Shown piece by piece: positions 10,266-22,659 of a stretch of 55,413 nucleotides of DNA. The notes beneath the pieces are model-generated. The model saw only the letters and a program-made list of their open reading frames with translations, was not told where the DNA came from and made no database searches. The stretch's first letter is position 1. Each line of letters starts with the position of its first letter. The stretch is from contig JAZNAU010000050.1 of NCBI GenBank assembly GCA_045586685.1, positions 1 to 55,413 on the forward strand. Direction: 5' to 3'. The stretch is from Clostridia bacterium. GTDB taxonomy: Bacteria > Bacillota > Clostridia > HGM11514. The translations under genes were made by a program, and so were the position numbers.

Positions 10266-10664
10266 ATGAATCGGAATTATTATGAAAAGCAAAGTCAGAC
10301 AAAGGTTGCAAGCAGTAAAACCAGTCAGCAGATGCCCCCCGAGCAGGGGTTTACCACTCCTCCTCAACAGGATTTTAACACAGATGCCTTGCGGGGGTCC
10401 ATGCAGAATTATCTGGCGGATAATATTGGAGAATATGTTGTGATTGAATTTCTGATTGGTACCACTATGCTAATCAGAAAACAGGGAATTTTATATTCTG
10501 TGGGAACAGGCGCGGTTACTTTGTATGATGATGAATATGATAATTTTATTACCTGTGATGTATTCTCTGTAAAGTTTGTGTATTTCTATCGTCCGGGACA
10601 ACGGCCGGGACGAAATTACAATGTATTGAACAACGGAAGTTCGGTGAATCATTATTTCAGATAA
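10266..10664 (+). CDS. Hypothetical spore protein, possible GerQ analogue
   Basis: Q/P-rich N-terminus, then SMQNYLADNIGEYVVIEF and a beta-rich core; lies directly after the cwlJ-like gene; RBS AAGGAG. Confidence 0.45.
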   Translation: MNRNYYEKQSQTKVASSKTSQQMPPEQGFTTPPQQDFNTDALRGSMQNYLADNIGEYVVIEFLIGTTMLIRKQGILYSVGTGAVTLYDDEYDNFITCDVFSVKFVYFYRPGQRPGRNYNVLNNGSSVNHYFR

Positions 10665-10876
10665 AGTAGGTTCGACAAATTTTATTAACAAAATAAAAAA
10701 AGAGCCAAGTCACACATAGTTTTCCATTTTTCGTCATATCAAGCTCTTTTTTGCTTGAAAAAAGAAAATTTTGGGGAAAAATAATAGGATTTTTTCGATT
10801 TTTTCCCCGATACTTTTTAAAAATTTTTCTGTATAATAGTAATATGGAATCAAAATACAGAAAGGTGAGAAAAGTG

Positions 10877-11191
10877 ATGGAAAAGAAACTGTGCGAAATG
10901 GTTAAGGTGGAATTGCCTCAGGGAGAGTGTTATTTAGAGTATTATTTGATTAAAAATTCTGTTCTGAATTTGCCTTCTAAAATTCAATTATTTACTTACG
11001 GTGTTGAGGTCATCAAGCGAAGCTGTAATGATGGTGAGGTATTGGAAACAAAATTGATTTCCGACGTATGTTGTTCAGTTATGCGGATGAATGATATGAT
11101 TTCCGTGCTTGCCCGCAATACGGTAACACCCATGTGTCTTCACGATGTAATTGAGGATTTTCTGGTAGGGGAAGAAGTACTTGCAGAATAA
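10877..11191 (+). CDS. DUF6514-family protein
   Basis: LEYYLI...TYGVEVIK...LARNTVTPMCLHDVIEDF; start after AAAGGTG. Confidence 0.7.
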   Translation: MEKKLCEMVKVELPQGECYLEYYLIKNSVLNLPSKIQLFTYGVEVIKRSCNDGEVLETKLISDVCCSVMRMNDMISVLARNTVTPMCLHDVIEDFLVGEEVLAE

Positions 11192-11192
11192 A

Positions 11193-11229
11193 AAAGTGCT
11201 GTCGTAAAATTATTTTGCGACAGCACTTT
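11193..11229. repeat. Palindromic repeat family A copy 2, bidirectional terminator
   Basis: AAAGTGCTGTCGTAAAAT-t-ATTTTGCGACAGCACTTT between convergent genes. Confidence 0.7.
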
Positions 11230-11234
11230 CTGTT

Positions 11235-12053
11235 TTAGAGAGTGCATAATAAGATAACAATAATTCCCAAAATAATCCGATACCAGCCAAACACTTTAAA
11301 ATCGTGTTTTCTGACGTAATTCATCAGGAAACGGATGGATAATAGGGAAACGACAAATGCCACAAGCATTCCCACAAACAAGGCAATCAATTCGTTTGAT
11401 TGAAAGGAAAATCCAAATTTTATTAACTTGACCGCACTGGCACCCAGCATGGTGGGAACGGCTAAAAAGAAGGTGAATTCTGCCGCGGTTGTTCTGGAAA
11501 CTCCCAATAATAATGCACCGATGATGGTTGCACCTGAACGGGAGGTGCCGGGAATCATGGAAAGAGCTTGAAACAAACCAATCAATAAAGCGGTTTCATA
11601 ATGAATGTGTTTCATGTCCGTTATGGCAGGGGTTCTTTTTTTATTCCAATTTTCAATAAAAATAAAGGCAACTCCATAAAGAATGAGCATAAGTGAAATG
11701 GTCAGAGCATTTCCGAAATACTCTTCGAGAAAATCGTCAAACAATAAGCCCAATACCGCTGCAGGGATACAGGCAACCGCAACCTTAAGCCACATCCAAA
11801 TAATGTCCATGTTTACAATGGGTGTTTCCTTCAGGCGGAAAGGAAACATGTTATTCCAGAACATGACTACCACTGCTAAAATAGCACCAAGCTGAATGAC
11901 CACAAAGAACATTTCTTTAAAGCCTTCATCCATGTTCAGGGTGAGAAATTCATCCACTAATAACATATGCCCCGTACTGCTGATAGGGAGCCATTCTGTA
12001 ATACCCTCTACAATCCCCAAAAAAATAATTTTAATCAGTTCAATAAAGTTCAT
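11235..12053 (-). CDS. uppP: Undecaprenyl-diphosphate phosphatase
   Basis: [17 protein letters not shown]; IQLGAILAV; [10 protein letters not shown]. Confidence 0.96.
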   Translation of the reverse strand: MNFIELIKIIFLGIVEGITEWLPISSTGHMLLVDEFLTLNMDEGFKEMFFVVIQLGAILAVVVMFWNNMFPFRLKETPIVNMDIIWMWLKVAVACIPAAVLGLLFDDFLEEYFGNALTISLMLILYGVAFIFIENWNKKRTPAITDMKHIHYETALLIGLFQALSMIPGTSRSGATIIGALLLGVSRTTAAEFTFFLAVPTMLGASAVKLIKFGFSFQSNELIALFVGMLVAFVVSLLSIRFLMNYVRKHDFKVFGWYRIILGIIVILLCTL

Positions 12054-12127
12054 GGCTTCACTTCCTTTTTCTATGTATATGCAGATTTGGATAAAATAAA
12101 ACCCTGCAACGGGCGGTCACAAGGTTT

Positions 12128-12203
<76 letters not shown>

Positions 12204-12214
12204 AAGTTTTTCTT

Positions 12215-12243
12215 ATTATATCATAAGAGGTGGTAAAAGTCAA
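12215..12243 (-). promoter_or_regulatory. sigma-A promoter for tRNA-Ala
   Basis: Minus strand TTGACT-17 nt-TATAAT with extended TG. Confidence 0.7.
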
Positions 12244-12286
12244 GGGGCATAACCAATGAATATTATTTTGGTAATCGGCAGACCAG

Positions 12287-13594
12287 CTATTTCAAAAATA
12301 AACGGTCAACTTCGTAATTAAACACATTAAAGATATAGAGAACTGCATCATATTCATTCTCATCTATTAACGACATTACGCTGCCGTTAAAATGATCCGG
12401 CAGACTTGCTCGAACATCCACCACATCAACCCGCTTCACCACTTGAGATAGATATGGGACGATTGCATTAGCATAGGAATCTTTGATGATTAGAATTTTG
12501 TGGTTGTCATTCAGACTCCGGTTTTCAATTTTTATATAGGCTGAATTTCCATATAAATAGGATTCATATGCGCTAAAGGGCCATTTTTCTTTATGATCCA
12601 AGTTTCTATGATCCAAAAACACATTGAAATCTCCCGATAAATTTATGTTTCTGGAAGGAATTTCAAAAGAAAATTCAGCTTTTTCTTTTGGGAAAAACAC
12701 ATCAAAATCTTCTGTATCCACAAAGGTTTCTTTTGCATTAAAACCGATACTTCCAAGACAACAATTTTTATATTTTATGACAGAGTAGTTTGACTTATCA
12801 AATAATTGGGTATCAATTCGGTAATCCAGTTCAGAATTTAAATACTCTGAAATAAATTTGGCTGCATCTATTCCGCATTCTACCTTCCAATGATGGTCTG
12901 TTTTATAGTACATATCAAACAAATCATCCTCACTTTGAATCATCTTTTCTGTAAGGTTGAGAATAGGAATATGATTGTCTGAAAACCGCTTATACATATA
13001 CTCTCTTTCATCAGACTTTGCCGATCTTTGAAATCCCTTAGGGAGTGTATGATTAAATAATCTGTCTTTGCCGGGGCAGTCCACGTATAAAAAAGGAATA
13101 TTTCTGTCATTCAACTTTTGTATAAAGCGTTGTAAATAGTCAAGTTGAATTTCAAAAGGTTCTATTGTAAAAGGGTCTTTACTTTGCCTCAGCCTTACAA
13201 GGGTACCGTTATCTAACTTTAAAAAAGATGTTCCCGGAATATAAGACATATTTGCATTGTTACACATCCATGCATTGAATTTGAGTAAGCTCTCTTTTGT
13301 TATAAAGTCGTTAAAGTTTGATACTGCATTCGTTAATTTGGTATAAAGGCCAAGATATTTATTGATAATAAAATTCGGTTGTTTTGTATCGATATCTGCT
13401 GTTGTTGTATATTTCTTTTGCAATTCTATAAAATCTTCGGTGTATTCAATTTCTTCATATGAAATACTTTCTTCGTCATTAAAAACAATACCCGCACAAT
13501 AATGAACCATTAGTATACCAATAAAAGCCAAGAAAAAAAGGATAAGAATATTATTTCTTATGATATTGATTATTCGCATAATGAAGTACCTCAT
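12287..13594 (-). CDS. DHHW-family (AlgX/AlgJ-like SGNH) O-acyltransferase partner
   Basis: N-terminal TM anchor; YYKTDHHWK; IIKDSYAN; coupled to the MBOAT gene. Confidence 0.8.
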   Translation of the reverse strand: MRYFIMRIINIIRNNILILFFLAFIGILMVHYCAGIVFNDEESISYEEIEYTEDFIELQKKYTTTADIDTKQPNFIINKYLGLYTKLTNAVSNFNDFITKESLLKFNAWMCNNANMSYIPGTSFLKLDNGTLVRLRQSKDPFTIEPFEIQLDYLQRFIQKLNDRNIPFLYVDCPGKDRLFNHTLPKGFQRSAKSDEREYMYKRFSDNHIPILNLTEKMIQSEDDLFDMYYKTDHHWKVECGIDAAKFISEYLNSELDYRIDTQLFDKSNYSVIKYKNCCLGSIGFNAKETFVDTEDFDVFFPKEKAEFSFEIPSRNINLSGDFNVFLDHRNLDHKEKWPFSAYESYLYGNSAYIKIENRSLNDNHKILIIKDSYANAIVPYLSQVVKRVDVVDVRASLPDHFNGSVMSLIDENEYDAVLYIFNVFNYEVDRLFLK

Positions 13595-14970
13595 TAAAAA
13601 TTAAAATATATGAAGGGGTTATAGGTGGATCGGAACATAAACGAGACAGATGCTACAAACAGGACAATGAGGACAATATCCTTAACAAACGCCATCATTT
13701 TTGTTCGTTGCCCAAGCCATTTTGCTATGGGTGTACTAAAGACAAACCCCGAAATCAGCAATACTCCAAAATTCTTGAGATACCAGATGAAGTCGGCATC
13801 AAGAAAACTTGAAAAATCAACAGAAAACATTCCCTTAACATACAGAAAAGCTACAGTTACATTTTCTGCTCTGAAAAGCACCCAGCTGATTATGACCACA
13901 AGCAATGTATACACATGTGAAAAAACCCCAATTTTTTTGGTAAAGGAACAATACTTTTCAAAAACCAAAAACACAAAAAAATACAGTCCCCATACTATAA
14001 ATGTCAAATTTGCTCCGTGCCATAATCCTGTACAAAACCATGTGAAAAACAGATTGAAAACATGCCGTGTCTTTCCTACTCGGTTTCCGCCTAAAGGAAT
14101 GTATAAATAATCTCTTAGCCATGTGCCGAGGGAAATATGCCATCTTCTCCAAAATTCCGTAATTGATTTTGAAATATAGGGATAATTAAAGTTTTCTTCA
14201 AAATGAAACCCAAACATTTTCCCAAGTCCTATTGCCATATCGGAATACGCAGAGAAATCAAAATAAATTTGCAAGGTATATGCGATGGCTGCCAACCATA
14301 AAAAAGCAGGGGTCAAATGATTGTAATCCATGGCATAAATATGGTCAACCAAAAAACCGATATTATTAGCAAGAATCAGTTTTTTTGCAAAGCCAATGAT
14401 GAATCGTTCCACTCCATGTTTGAAAAGCGCCAGACTTTCTTTTCTGTTTTCAATTTGATTTTCAATGGAAGAATAGCGAACAATAGGACCGGCGATTAAC
14501 TGTGGAAATAATGAAATATAAAGCCCGAGATAAAAGATGTTCTTTTGGGGTGCAACTTCTTTTCTGTATACATCTATACCATACGACATGATTTGAAATG
14601 TGTAGAAGGAGATCCCTATGGGAAGCGCAATATTAAATGTAATAAAGTTCCTTTGGAATACCAAACCTAACATTTCCATTGCAAAATCAAGATATTTAAA
14701 TATGAATAAAAAAGATAAATTGTACAGAATACTTAATATTAAAACCAATTTACTCTTTTTTCCATTCAGACATAATCCAAAGAAGTAATTAACACAAATG
14801 GATATGAGCATCAAGAGAACAACCATAGGTTCCCCCCATGCATAAAAAAACAAACTGCTTGCAAATAAAAGCAGGTTCTTCAATTGCATATTGTTTTTGA
14901 AAAAAACGTAGTAAAATAACAATAATATCGGAAGAAATAAAAACAAAAAAACAGTCGATGTAAATACCAT
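13594..14970 (-). CDS. MBOAT family O-acyltransferase (AlgI-like)
   Basis: LPIGISFYTFQ; FPQLIAGPIVRY; YFDFSAYSDMAIG; EFWRRWHISL; GLWHGA; NPFIYFNF. Start after AAGGAG. Confidence 0.93.
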   Translation of the reverse strand: MVFTSTVFLFLFLPILLLFYYVFFKNNMQLKNLLLFASSLFFYAWGEPMVVLLMLISICVNYFFGLCLNGKKSKLVLILSILYNLSFLFIFKYLDFAMEMLGLVFQRNFITFNIALPIGISFYTFQIMSYGIDVYRKEVAPQKNIFYLGLYISLFPQLIAGPIVRYSSIENQIENRKESLALFKHGVERFIIGFAKKLILANNIGFLVDHIYAMDYNHLTPAFLWLAAIAYTLQIYFDFSAYSDMAIGLGKMFGFHFEENFNYPYISKSITEFWRRWHISLGTWLRDYLYIPLGGNRVGKTRHVFNLFFTWFCTGLWHGANLTFIVWGLYFFVFLVFEKYCSFTKKIGVFSHVYTLLVVIISWVLFRAENVTVAFLYVKGMFSVDFSSFLDADFIWYLKNFGVLLISGFVFSTPIAKWLGQRTKMMAFVKDIVLIVLFVASVSFMFRSTYNPFIYFNF

Positions 14971-15222
14971 ATTTTTCTCCTTTTCTTTTGTTAAGCTTTT
15001 AAGAAAGGGGATAACTTCTTGCCCATTTTTACTTTCGTTCATTATATCATACCTATCAATACCCTGTCAATGTTTTTCAATTAAGCAAAAAGAATGGTTG
15101 AAATCATGCTGATTAAAAATTTTTCCTAATGGTTATAATTCACAAAAAAACGGGACAGACTAAAACTTACCATGTATGTTTTTGAGAAAACCGAAAAAAA
15201 TAGTTTATTTTTGTTTTTTTTC

Positions 15223-15254
15223 TTGACAAACTTGACAGGCTGTGATATTATAAT
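15223..15254 (+). promoter_or_regulatory. sigma-A promoter region for rpoBC
   Basis: TTGACA at 15223, 17 nt, then TATTAT with extended TG; a second TTGACA at 15232. Confidence 0.6.
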
Positions 15255-15366
15255 ATATTGCTATCGTATGATATAAGGGAAAATTATCGCTTTTCGGCAG
15301 GTTTTTGTCCGAAAAACGCCCCCTTTTCAGATGCAGATAAATAAAATCAATGAGGTGAGGTTGCTG

Positions 15367-18300
15367 ATGGTACATCCAATAAAGCTGGGCAAGAATGAAA
15401 GAATGAGCTACGGCAAAATTAATGAAGTTCTGGAAATGCCCAACCTGATTGAAATCCAGAAGGATTCCTATCAATGGTTCATCGAAGGCGGATTACAAGA
15501 GGTTTTTGATGACATTTCTCCCATTACCGATTATGCAGGTAATCTGGTTCTGGAGTTCTTGGACTACAGCATACATAAGGACGATGCAAAGTTCAATGTA
15601 GCTGAGTGTAAGGAACGGGACGCAACATATGCGGCTCCTTTGAAGGTAAAGGTTCGCCTGATCAACAAGGAGACAGGCGAAATCAAAGAACAGGAGATTT
15701 TCATGGGTGATTTTCCGCTCATGACCCCTGCGGGAACATTTATTATCAACGGAGCGGAGCGTGTCATTGTCAGCCAGTTGGTTCGTTCTCCGGGTATCTA
15801 CTATGATATGCAGAACGAAATCAAAACAGGGAAGGAATTGTTCAGTTCTACTGTAATTCCTAACCGCGGTGCATGGCTGGAATATGAAACCGATGTAAAT
15901 GATGTGTTTAGCGTCAGAATTGACAGAACAAGAAAATTGCCTGTCACTATTTTGATTCGTGCTTTGGGCTACGGTTCCAATGCGGAAATTAATGAATTGT
16001 TCGGTTATGATGATAAAATTACAGCAACCTTGGAGAAAGATACTACAACCAATACAGAAGAAGCACTGATTGAAATCTATAAGAAGCTTCGTCCCGGCGA
16101 GCCTCCTACGGTTGACAGTGCAAGATCCTTGCTGTATGGTTTGTTCTACGACGGAAGAAGATATTCTTTAGCAAAGGTAGGACGTTATAAATTCAACTTG
16201 AAACTGGGTCTGGCAAAGAGAATCCGCGATCAGATTTTGGCAGAGGATATCATCAATCCTTACACAGGAGAGCTGATGGAAAAAGCCGGTACCATTATGA
16301 CCCGTGCAAAGGCGGAAGAGCTGGAAGCGGCAGGCATTAACGAAGTATGGTTGGACATGGAAGGCAAAAAGGTGAAGGTGTTCTCTAACAACATGGTTGA
16401 TTTAAGCACCTTTGTCGACTTTGATGTACCCAAAATTACGGAAAAGGTTTATTTCCCTGTTCTCAAAGAATTGATGGAAGAAAACGAAGACGAGGAATCC
16501 CTGAAAAAGGCGATTGAAGACAATGTGGAACAGCTTATCCCTAAGCACATTATTCTTGATGACATTATGGCTTCCATTAACTATTGCAATAATCTGGCAT
16601 ACGGTCTGGGGAATACAGATGATATTGACCATCTGGGGAACCGTCGTATCCGTGCGGTAGGGGAGTTGTTGCAGAATCAGTTCCGTATCGGTCTGGCAAG
16701 AATGGAACGTGTGGTTCGGGAAAGAATGAGCATTCAGGATTTGGATATCGTGACTCCTCAGGCACTCATTAACACCAAACCGGTTATTTCTTCTATTAAA
16801 GAATTCTTTGGTTCCTCACAGTTGTCTCAGTTCATGGACCAGCCTAATCCCCTGGCTGAACTGACTCATAAAAGAAGACTTTCTGCACTGGGCCCCGGCG
16901 GTTTGAGTCGTGATCGTGCAGGATTCGAGGTCAGAGACGTTCACTATTCTCATTATGGCCGTGTTTGCCCCATTGAAACACCTGAAGGTCCTAACATTGG
17001 TTTGATCAACTCTTTGGCAACCTTTGCTCGGGTCAATCAATACGGTTTTGTGGAAGCGCCTTACCGTAAGGTGGACAAGGAAACGGGAATTGTTACAAAT
17101 GAAGTAGAATATATGACTGCGGACGTGGAAGACCAGTACACTGTTGCTCAGGCAAATGAATTGCTGGACGAAAACGGCAGATTCGTCAATAAGAAGGTTT
17201 CTGCCCGCCGCAGAAGAGAAATTTCAGAATTTGACAGTACAGAAATTGATTATATGGATGTATCCCCCAGACAGTTGGTATCCGTTGCAACAGCATTGAT
17301 TCCTTTCTTGGAAAATGACGACGCGAACCGTGCTCTGATGGGATCTAACATGCAACGTCAGGCTGTGCCGCTGCTCCGTACGGACTCTCCTATTGTAGGA
17401 ACGGGTATGGAATATAAATCCGCAAAAGACTCCGGTGTTGTTGTTTGTGCTGAACACGGCGGTGTCATTCAAAAGGTCAGTGCTGACAAAATTGTCGTAA
17501 AAACAGACGAAGGAACAGAGGATGAATATAAGCTTCTCAAGTTTATCCGTTCCAATCAGGGAACTTGCATCAATCAAAGACCCATTGTGATTGAAGGAGA
17601 ACGGGTGGAAGCAGGAGATATTATTGCCGACGGTCCTTCAACTGATAATGGTGAACTGGCTTTGGGACGTAACATTCTGATTGGTTTTATGACCTGGGAG
17701 GGTTACAACTACGAGGATGCTATCCTGATTAACGAAAAGCTGGTAAAAGAGGATGTATTTACTTCCATTCATATTGAAGAATATGAAGCAGAGTCCCGTG
17801 ATACAAAGCTGGGGCCTGAAGAAATCACAAGAGACATTCCTAATGTAGGGGATGATTCCTTAAAAGATTTGGACGAGCGTGGTATTATCCGTATCGGTGC
17901 CGAGGTTCGTGCAGGAGATATTCTTGTGGGCAAGGTAACACCAAAGGGTGAAACGGAGCTGACAGCAGAAGAACGACTGCTCAGAGCCATCTTTGGTGAA
18001 AAAGCAAGAGAAGTAAGAGATACTTCTTTACGTGTGCCTCACGGAGAATATGGTATCATTGTTGACGTGAAAATCTTTACGAAAGATAACTGCGATGATT
18101 TGCCTCCCGGGGTCAATCAGATTGTAAGATGTTATATTGCACAGAAAAGAAAAATTTCTGTGGGTGATAAAATGGCAGGACGTCATGGAAACAAGGGTGT
18201 TGTTTCCAGAATTCTGCCGGAAGAGGATATGCCTTTCCTGCCTGATGGTACTCCGTTGCAGATTGTATTGAATCCTCTGGGTGTACCTTCCCGTATGAAT

Positions 18301-19104
18301 ATCGGTCAGGTATTGGAAGTGCATTTGGGCTACGCCGCCAAGGCATTGGGCTGGAAGATTGCCACTCCTGTATTTGTCGGTGCAAGCGAAGAAGATATTA
18401 TGGAAACGCTTCAGCAGGCAGGCTATAATCCAAACGGAAAAACCCTGTTGTATGATGGAAGAACCGGTGAACCCTTCGATAATCCTGTAACCGTTGGTTA
18501 TATGTATATGTTAAAGCTGGTTCACTTGGTTGACGATAAAATTCATGCCCGTTCTACCGGTCCTTACTCTTTGGTTACCCAGCAGCCTCTGGGTGGTAAA
18601 GCACAGTTTGGTGGTCAGCGTTTTGGTGAAATGGAAGTTTGGGCATTGGAAGCATACGGTTCTGCTTATACACTGCAGGAAATTCTGACGGTGAAGTCGG
18701 ACGATGTTGTGGGACGCGTTAAGACTTATGAATCTATCGTAAAGGGTGAGAATGTACCAAAAGCAGGTATTCCCGAATCCTTTAAGGTATTGATTAAGGA
18801 ATTGCAGAGTTTGGCACTGAACGTGAATGTGCTGGATGAAGAAGGCAATGTAATAGAGCTTAAAGAGTCTGTTGAGGATGAATTTGCAGATCTGCCCACT
18901 CTGGATCCGGAAGAAAAAGAAAAACTTATGAACCACTATGGTGAAGAGCATTTCCCGCCGCAGGAAATGGATGAAGCAGATACTCTGCTCAGCGTGCTGA
19001 TGGAAGATGAAGAGCAGGAATCTGATGTAGATGACTTGTTTGATGACGAGATGCCGGATGACTTCGATGATGATTTCGAAGACGAAGACGATCTTGATTT
19101 TTAA
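15367..19104 (+). CDS. rpoB: RNA polymerase beta subunit
   Basis: [22 protein letters not shown]; [12 protein letters not shown]; [17 protein letters not shown]; long acidic C-terminal tail. Start is TTG 15361 or ATG 15367. Confidence 0.99.
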   Translation: MVHPIKLGKNERMSYGKINEVLEMPNLIEIQKDSYQWFIEGGLQEVFDDISPITDYAGNLVLEFLDYSIHKDDAKFNVAECKERDATYAAPLKVKVRLINKETGEIKEQEIFMGDFPLMTPAGTFIINGAERVIVSQLVRSPGIYYDMQNEIKTGKELFSSTVIPNRGAWLEYETDVNDVFSVRIDRTRKLPVTILIRALGYGSNAEINELFGYDDKITATLEKDTTTNTEEALIEIYKKLRPGEPPTVDSARSLLYGLFYDGRRYSLAKVGRYKFNLKLGLAKRIRDQILAEDIINPYTGELMEKAGTIMTRAKAEELEAAGINEVWLDMEGKKVKVFSNNMVDLSTFVDFDVPKITEKVYFPVLKELMEENEDEESLKKAIEDNVEQLIPKHIILDDIMASINYCNNLAYGLGNTDDIDHLGNRRIRAVGELLQNQFRIGLARMERVVRERMSIQDLDIVTPQALINTKPVISSIKEFFGSSQLSQFMDQPNPLAELTHKRRLSALGPGGLSRDRAGFEVRDVHYSHYGRVCPIETPEGPNIGLINSLATFARVNQYGFVEAPYRKVDKETGIVTNEVEYMTADVEDQYTVAQANELLDENGRFVNKKVSARRRREISEFDSTEIDYMDVSPRQLVSVATALIPFLENDDANRALMGSNMQRQAVPLLRTDSPIVGTGMEYKSAKDSGVVVCAEHGGVIQKVSADKIVVKTDEGTEDEYKLLKFIRSNQGTCINQRPIVIEGERVEAGDIIADGPSTDNGELALGRNILIGFMTWEGYNYEDAILINEKLVKEDVFTSIHIEEYEAESRDTKLGPEEITRDIPNVGDDSLKDLDERGIIRIGAEVRAGDILVGKVTPKGETELTAEERLLRAIFGEKAREVRDTSLRVPHGEYGIIVDVKIFTKDNCDDLPPGVNQIVRCYIAQKRKISVGDKMAGRHGNKGVVSRILPEEDMPFLPDGTPLQIVLNPLGVPSRMNIGQVLEVHLGYAAKALGWKIATPVFVGASEEDIMETLQQAGYNPNGKTLLYDGRTGEPFDNPVTVGYMYMLKLVHLVDDKIHARSTGPYSLVTQQPLGGKAQFGGQRFGEMEVWALEAYGSAYTLQEILTVKSDDVVGRVKTYESIVKGENVPKAGIPESFKVLIKELQSLALNVNVLDEEGNVIELKESVEDEFADLPTLDPEEKEKLMNHYGEEHFPPQEMDEADTLLSVLMEDEEQESDVDDLFDDEMPDDFDDDFEDEDDLDF

Positions 19105-19119
19105 GGGAGGTAAGAAAAA

Positions 19120-22100
19120 ATGGGTGAATATGAAAATTTTGATGCGATAAAAATCGGGCTTGCCTCACCGGAACAAATCAGATCTTGGTCTCACGGTGAA
19201 GTAAAAAAACCCGAAACCATCAATTACAGAACCTTAAAACCGGAACGGGACGGATTGTTCTGCGAACGGATTTTTGGACCTCAGAAGGATTGGGAATGTC
19301 ATTGCGGAAAATACAAACGTGTTCGTTATAAAGGCATTGTTTGTGACCGTTGTGGCGTTGAAGTAACTCGTGCTAAGGTGCGTCGGGAACGGATGGGGCA
19401 TATTGAACTGGCAGCTCCTGTTTCTCACATCTGGTATTTCAAGGGTGTTCCCAGCAGAATGGGTTTGCTGCTTGACATGTCCCCCAGACTGTTGGAAAAA
19501 GTATTGTATTTTGCATCCTACGTTGTTATCGAAGCTGGAAAAACGCCTTTGATGGAACGTCAGGTGCTTAGTGAAAAAGAATATCGGGATTATCTGGATA
19601 AGTATGGTGATCGTTTCCGTGCGGGAATGGGCGCAGAAGCTGTGAAAGAACTGCTTCAGCGGATTGACTTGTCAGCACTTTCCCGTGAACTGAAAGCAGA
19701 ACTGGAAGAAGCAACAGGGCAGAAGAAAATCAGAATTATTAAGCGTTTGGAAGTGGTAGAAGCTTTCCGCTTGTCTGATAATGACCCTTCTTGGATGATT
19801 ATGGATGTGATTCCTGTCATTCCTCCGGAAATCCGTCCCATGGTTCAGTTGGACGGTGGCCGTTTTGCTACCAGTGACTTGAATGATTTATACCGCAGAA
19901 TCATTAACCGCAACAATCGGTTGAGAAAACTGCTTGAATTGGGTGCGCCTGATATTATTGTCCGTAACGAAAAAAGAATGCTGCAGGAAGCAGTGGATGC
20001 GTTGATTGACAACGGCCGTCGCGGAAGACCCGTTACGGGTCCCGGAAATCGTGCATTGAAATCCCTGTCCGATATGTTAAAGGGAAAACAGGGTCGTTTC
20101 AGACAGAACTTGTTGGGTAAGCGTGTTGACTATTCCGGCCGTTCCGTTATCGTAGTCGGACCGGATCTTAAGTTATACCAGTGCGGTTTGCCTAAGGAAA
20201 TGGCTTTGGAACTGTTCAAACCCTTTGTTATGAAGCGTTTGGTAAAGGAAGGCAAGGCACACAATATTAAGAGTGCAAAACGTATGGTGGAACGCGTAAG
20301 AGACGAAGTTTGGGATGTATTGGAGGATGTTATTAAAGAACATCCGGTACTGTTAAACCGTGCACCAACCCTGCACAGACTGGGAATTCAGGCATTTGAG
20401 CCTGTTCTGGTAAGCGGTAAGGCATTAAAGCTTCATCCCTTGGTTTGTACAGCGTACAATGCCGACTTTGATGGTGACCAGATGGCGGTTCACGTACCTT
20501 TGTCCGCAGAAGCACAGGCGGAAGCAAGATTCTTAATGCTGTCTGCCAACAATCTGTTAAAGCCTCAGGATGGACATCCGGTTACTGTTCCTACACAGGA
20601 TATGGTATTGGGTAGCTATTATCTGACTCTGCAAAAGGATGAGGATAAGGGCGCAGGAAAGATGTTCTCTGATGTAAATGAAGCCATTATGGCATATGAA
20701 AACAAAATTGTAACGTTGCACGCACCCATTAAGGTTCGTGTTACAAAGGAAGTGCCCGGGGAAAACGGATTAGAGCTTCGTTCCGGCTTGATTGATGCAA
20801 CCGTTGGTCGGTTGATTTTCAACGAATATATTCCTCAGGATTTGGGTTATGTCAAACGTGTGGATGAACAGGGAAATCCCACTGAGCAATATTTTGATTT
20901 GGAAATTACCCGTTTGGTTACCAAGGGTGAGCTGAGCAAGATTGTGGATAAATGCATTAAGGTACATGGAACCACTGAAACTGCAGAGGTGCTTGACCAT
21001 ATTAAGGCATTGGGCTTTAAGTTCTCCACCAGAGGTGCGATTACCATCAGTGTATCTGATATGGAAATTCCTGAAGCCAAGAAGGGATTGCTGGAAGAAG
21101 CGGATCAGAAGGTAGAAGTGATTACCAAGCAATTCCGCCGTGGTTTGATTTCCGATGATGAACGTCATAATCTGGTTATTGATACTTGGAATACAACAAG
21201 TAATAAAGTAACAGACGCTTTGATGAGTAATCTGGATGCTTTAAACCCCATTTACATGATGGCACATTCCGGTGCCCGTGGTAGCGTTAACCAGATTCGT
21301 CAGTTGGCTGCAATGCGTGGTCTGATGGCGGATACCACCGGTAAGACGGTGGAAATGCCCATTCGTGCAAACTTCCGCGAGGGTCTGACGGTACTGGAAT
21401 ATTTCATCTCTTCTCACGGTGCCAGAAAGGGTCTGGCAGATACCGCTCTTCGTACAGCGGACTCCGGTTATCTGACCCGTCGTCTGGTAGATGTTTCTCA
21501 GGATGTGATTATTCGTGAGGAAGATTGCGAAACCTATGAAGGAATTATGGTTCGCGATATCAAGGGGATTGAGTCTTTGGCAGAACGTCTGACCGGCCGT
21601 TATCCTGCAGAAGAAATTAAGCATCCCGAAACCGGCGAAGTTCTTGCCGGCCGTGATGATAAAATGACAGAAGAAAAGGCAAAAGAAATTGTAAGGATTT
21701 ATGAAGAGGCAGGCATTGCCAATCCTGAATTCCGCATCCGTTCCGTACTGAACTGCCGTGCAAGAGTGGGAGTTTGTGCGAAGTGCTACGGTGAAAACCT
21801 GGCAACCCGTCTGGAAGTTAACATCGGTGAAGCGGTTGGTATTATTGCTGCTCAGTCTATTGGTGAACCGGGTACTCAGCTGACCATGAGAACCTTCCAT
21901 ACCGGTGGTGTTGCCGGAGACGATATTACACAGGGTTTGCCCCGTGTAGAAGAATTGTTTGAAGCAAGAAAGCCTAAGGGTTTGGCTGTTATTTCTGAAA
22001 TCAGCGGTAAAGTAACGTTAAGTGAAAATAAAAAACGCCGTGAAGTTACTGTAACAAATGATGATATTGCAGAAGCAAAAACCTATACCATTCCTTTTGG

Positions 22101-22659
22101 TTCCCGTATGAAAGTGAACGAAGGAGATATGATTCAAGCCGGTGATTTGATTACGGAAGGTCCTGTCAATCCTCATGATATTTTACGAATCAAGGGTCTG
22201 GGTGCTGTTCAGGAATACCTGATTCAGGAAGTTCAGAAGGTTTACCGGATGCAGGGTGTTGATATTAACGATAAGCACGTTGAGGTCATTGCCCGTCAGA
22301 TGATGAACAAGGTGAAGATTGAGGAATCCAATGATACGGATTTGTTAATCGGAAGTTTGGTTGACCGTTTTGTTTATGAGGATGCCAATAAAAAGGCAGA
22401 AGAAGCAGGCTTGCGTCCTGCGGTTGGGCACAGAGTACTGCTGGGTATTACCAAAGCATCCTTAGCAACGGATTCCTTCTTGTCTGCGGCTTCCTTCCAG
22501 GAAACTACAAGAGTCCTGACCGAAGCTGCCATTAAGGGTAAGGTTGACCCGCTGATTGGCTTGAAGGAAAATGTTATCTTAGGAAAACTGATTCCTGCCG
22601 GTACCGGAATTTCCCGCTATTCCAATGTGGAAATTGAAACGGAGTCACCTGAAGAGTAA
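19120..22659 (+). CDS. rpoC: RNA polymerase beta' subunit
   Basis: NADFDGDQM; N-terminal zinc finger; [11 protein letters not shown]. Confidence 0.99.
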   Translation: MGEYENFDAIKIGLASPEQIRSWSHGEVKKPETINYRTLKPERDGLFCERIFGPQKDWECHCGKYKRVRYKGIVCDRCGVEVTRAKVRRERMGHIELAAPVSHIWYFKGVPSRMGLLLDMSPRLLEKVLYFASYVVIEAGKTPLMERQVLSEKEYRDYLDKYGDRFRAGMGAEAVKELLQRIDLSALSRELKAELEEATGQKKIRIIKRLEVVEAFRLSDNDPSWMIMDVIPVIPPEIRPMVQLDGGRFATSDLNDLYRRIINRNNRLRKLLELGAPDIIVRNEKRMLQEAVDALIDNGRRGRPVTGPGNRALKSLSDMLKGKQGRFRQNLLGKRVDYSGRSVIVVGPDLKLYQCGLPKEMALELFKPFVMKRLVKEGKAHNIKSAKRMVERVRDEVWDVLEDVIKEHPVLLNRAPTLHRLGIQAFEPVLVSGKALKLHPLVCTAYNADFDGDQMAVHVPLSAEAQAEARFLMLSANNLLKPQDGHPVTVPTQDMVLGSYYLTLQKDEDKGAGKMFSDVNEAIMAYENKIVTLHAPIKVRVTKEVPGENGLELRSGLIDATVGRLIFNEYIPQDLGYVKRVDEQGNPTEQYFDLEITRLVTKGELSKIVDKCIKVHGTTETAEVLDHIKALGFKFSTRGAITISVSDMEIPEAKKGLLEEADQKVEVITKQFRRGLISDDERHNLVIDTWNTTSNKVTDALMSNLDALNPIYMMAHSGARGSVNQIRQLAAMRGLMADTTGKTVEMPIRANFREGLTVLEYFISSHGARKGLADTALRTADSGYLTRRLVDVSQDVIIREEDCETYEGIMVRDIKGIESLAERLTGRYPAEEIKHPETGEVLAGRDDKMTEEKAKEIVRIYEEAGIANPEFRIRSVLNCRARVGVCAKCYGENLATRLEVNIGEAVGIIAAQSIGEPGTQLTMRTFHTGGVAGDDITQGLPRVEELFEARKPKGLAVISEISGKVTLSENKKRREVTVTNDDIAEAKTYTIPFGSRMKVNEGDMIQAGDLITEGPVNPHDILRIKGLGAVQEYLIQEVQKVYRMQGVDINDKHVEVIARQMMNKVKIEESNDTDLLIGSLVDRFVYEDANKKAEEAGLRPAVGHRVLLGITKASLATDSFLSAASFQETTRVLTEAAIKGKVDPLIGLKENVILGKLIPAGTGISRYSNVEIETESPEE

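Noticed and set aside
18860-19104. Acidic low-complexity RpoB tail as a novelty
   Set aside because: D/E-rich RpoB C-terminal extensions are common in Clostridia.
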